Of a DNA stretch of 64,000 bases, positions 62,930 to 64,000 are shown in pieces. Positions within the stretch are counted from its first letter, which is position 1; each line of letters begins with the position of its first letter. The translations under genes were made by a program, and so were the position numbers. This DNA is from Callorhinchus milii (taxonomy: Eukaryota), in assembly GCF_018977255.1 (NCBI RefSeq), contig NW_024704743.1:6946001-7010000 (forward strand), read 5' to 3'. The notes under the pieces are model-generated. The model did no database searches, was not told where the DNA came from, and saw nothing but the letters and a program-made list of their open reading frames with translations.

Positions 62930-63335
62930 CTTTATAATAAATATCTTGTAATAATAATCTTTGTGTTTGATTTCATGCCTTATGTTGTCAAAAATTCGCA
63001 AGTACTGCACAGGATTATATTGTAAAAATAGACTCCTTTGAGCACAACTTTATCCTACAAACACCTATGAGTGAATGATCAGTTTTATCTGGAGGATTAT
63101 TGTCCAAGATGCCAGACAAAACTCCCTTCTCTTTTCAAATAGTGCCACAAAATCTTTAACATTCATCTGAACAGGCAGATAGGACCTCAGTTTAACGTCT
63201 CATCCAAATGATTGCACATCCAACAATGCACTGCACTGGAGAGTCGGTCTGGATGTTAAGTTCAAAGTCCTGACGTGGGGCTTGAATCCACAGAATTCAC
63301 AGTCTGAAGGGAGAGAGTACCATCTGACACAGCTA
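62930..63335 (-). mobile_element. Older Deu-type SINE
   Basis: ATCTTTAACATTCATCTGAACAGGCAGA is the reverse complement of the Deu-type core; head remnant GTGGGGCTTGAATCCAC. Confidence 0.72.
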
Positions 63336-64000
63336 GTCATTTTGGAAATATGTACTTTTAAAATGAAATTTTCATATTCTATTCCCTTTTAGTTTCAATT
63401 GAGTTCATGTCCATTTTTGGATTTTCTGTATTTGAAGTTTATATTACGGCTTGGTGGTAAATACACCATCACTTCATAAAGTACTATGGCATTACTGATT
63501 GGGAAGTTCAAGGTTCAGTCTTGATTTATACTGCAACCAGGGCAATGGTGAATGCAGTAATTTGTTAAATTCTGATCTAGAGAAAGAAAAATAAGTTCTC
63601 TCTGAATTTGATGAATAAATATTTGAAAGGGAATGAGGAAAAAGCAACAAAATAGGAATAGATAAGTTCCATGGGGGTCCATGCATTTTTTTTCTGAAAT
63701 TTCTCCTCTTTTATTCAGTTATTCAGCATTCTTTCCCATTTTTAATCATTGCAAACAAGCATCTTCTAGAAAATGCATAACAATAAGCTTCCAGTGAGAC
63801 AAGATTGTTTTTTCCAGAACAATATCTTGGGTGACACTTGAAAAATAGCAGTTTTGAAAAGGTACTGGCAAGCCGCCTGATAGTGGTTGGAGAACTGTAA
63901 TTCATCAGTTCTGCAAAAGAAAATTAGTTATATTCTTGAGGATAAGCTGTTAATTGCAGATGACCATCCACAAGGAGGGAAGAGTGGTAACATCGCAGCA

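Noticed and set aside
57994..64000. WAC exons 12-14 (coiled-coil region)
   Set aside because: No matching reading frame was found; they are presumed to lie beyond the window.

Overview
Vertebrate genomic DNA. The repeat content (tRNA-Ala-headed SINEs with L2-type tails, older Deu-type SINEs, L2 and CR1 LINE fragments) points to a cartilaginous fish, plausibly a chimaera; this is an inference. The main feature is the WAC gene (WW domain-containing adaptor with coiled-coil) on the + strand. Eleven coding exons run from the ATG at 25596 to 57993, all with GT-AG introns and consistent phases, giving 1556 coding nt. The remaining 3' exons (coiled coil) were not found and presumably lie beyond the window. 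A second CpG-island promoter at about 1650-2530 appears to drive an unidentified minus-strand gene with candidate non-coding exons. A 4.9 kb C-rich minisatellite sits directly upstream of the WAC promoter. The rest is intergenic or intronic DNA densely filled with nested SINE and LINE fragments. I found no convincing new multi-gene system. The best leads are the promoter-abutting G4-prone VNTR, a 54-bp hairpin in WAC intron 7, mosaic SINE 3' stem-loops matching the local L2 tail, an L2 5' end with tandem monomers, and uORF/NAGNAG features of WAC. Homology calls are from memory, not from database searches.
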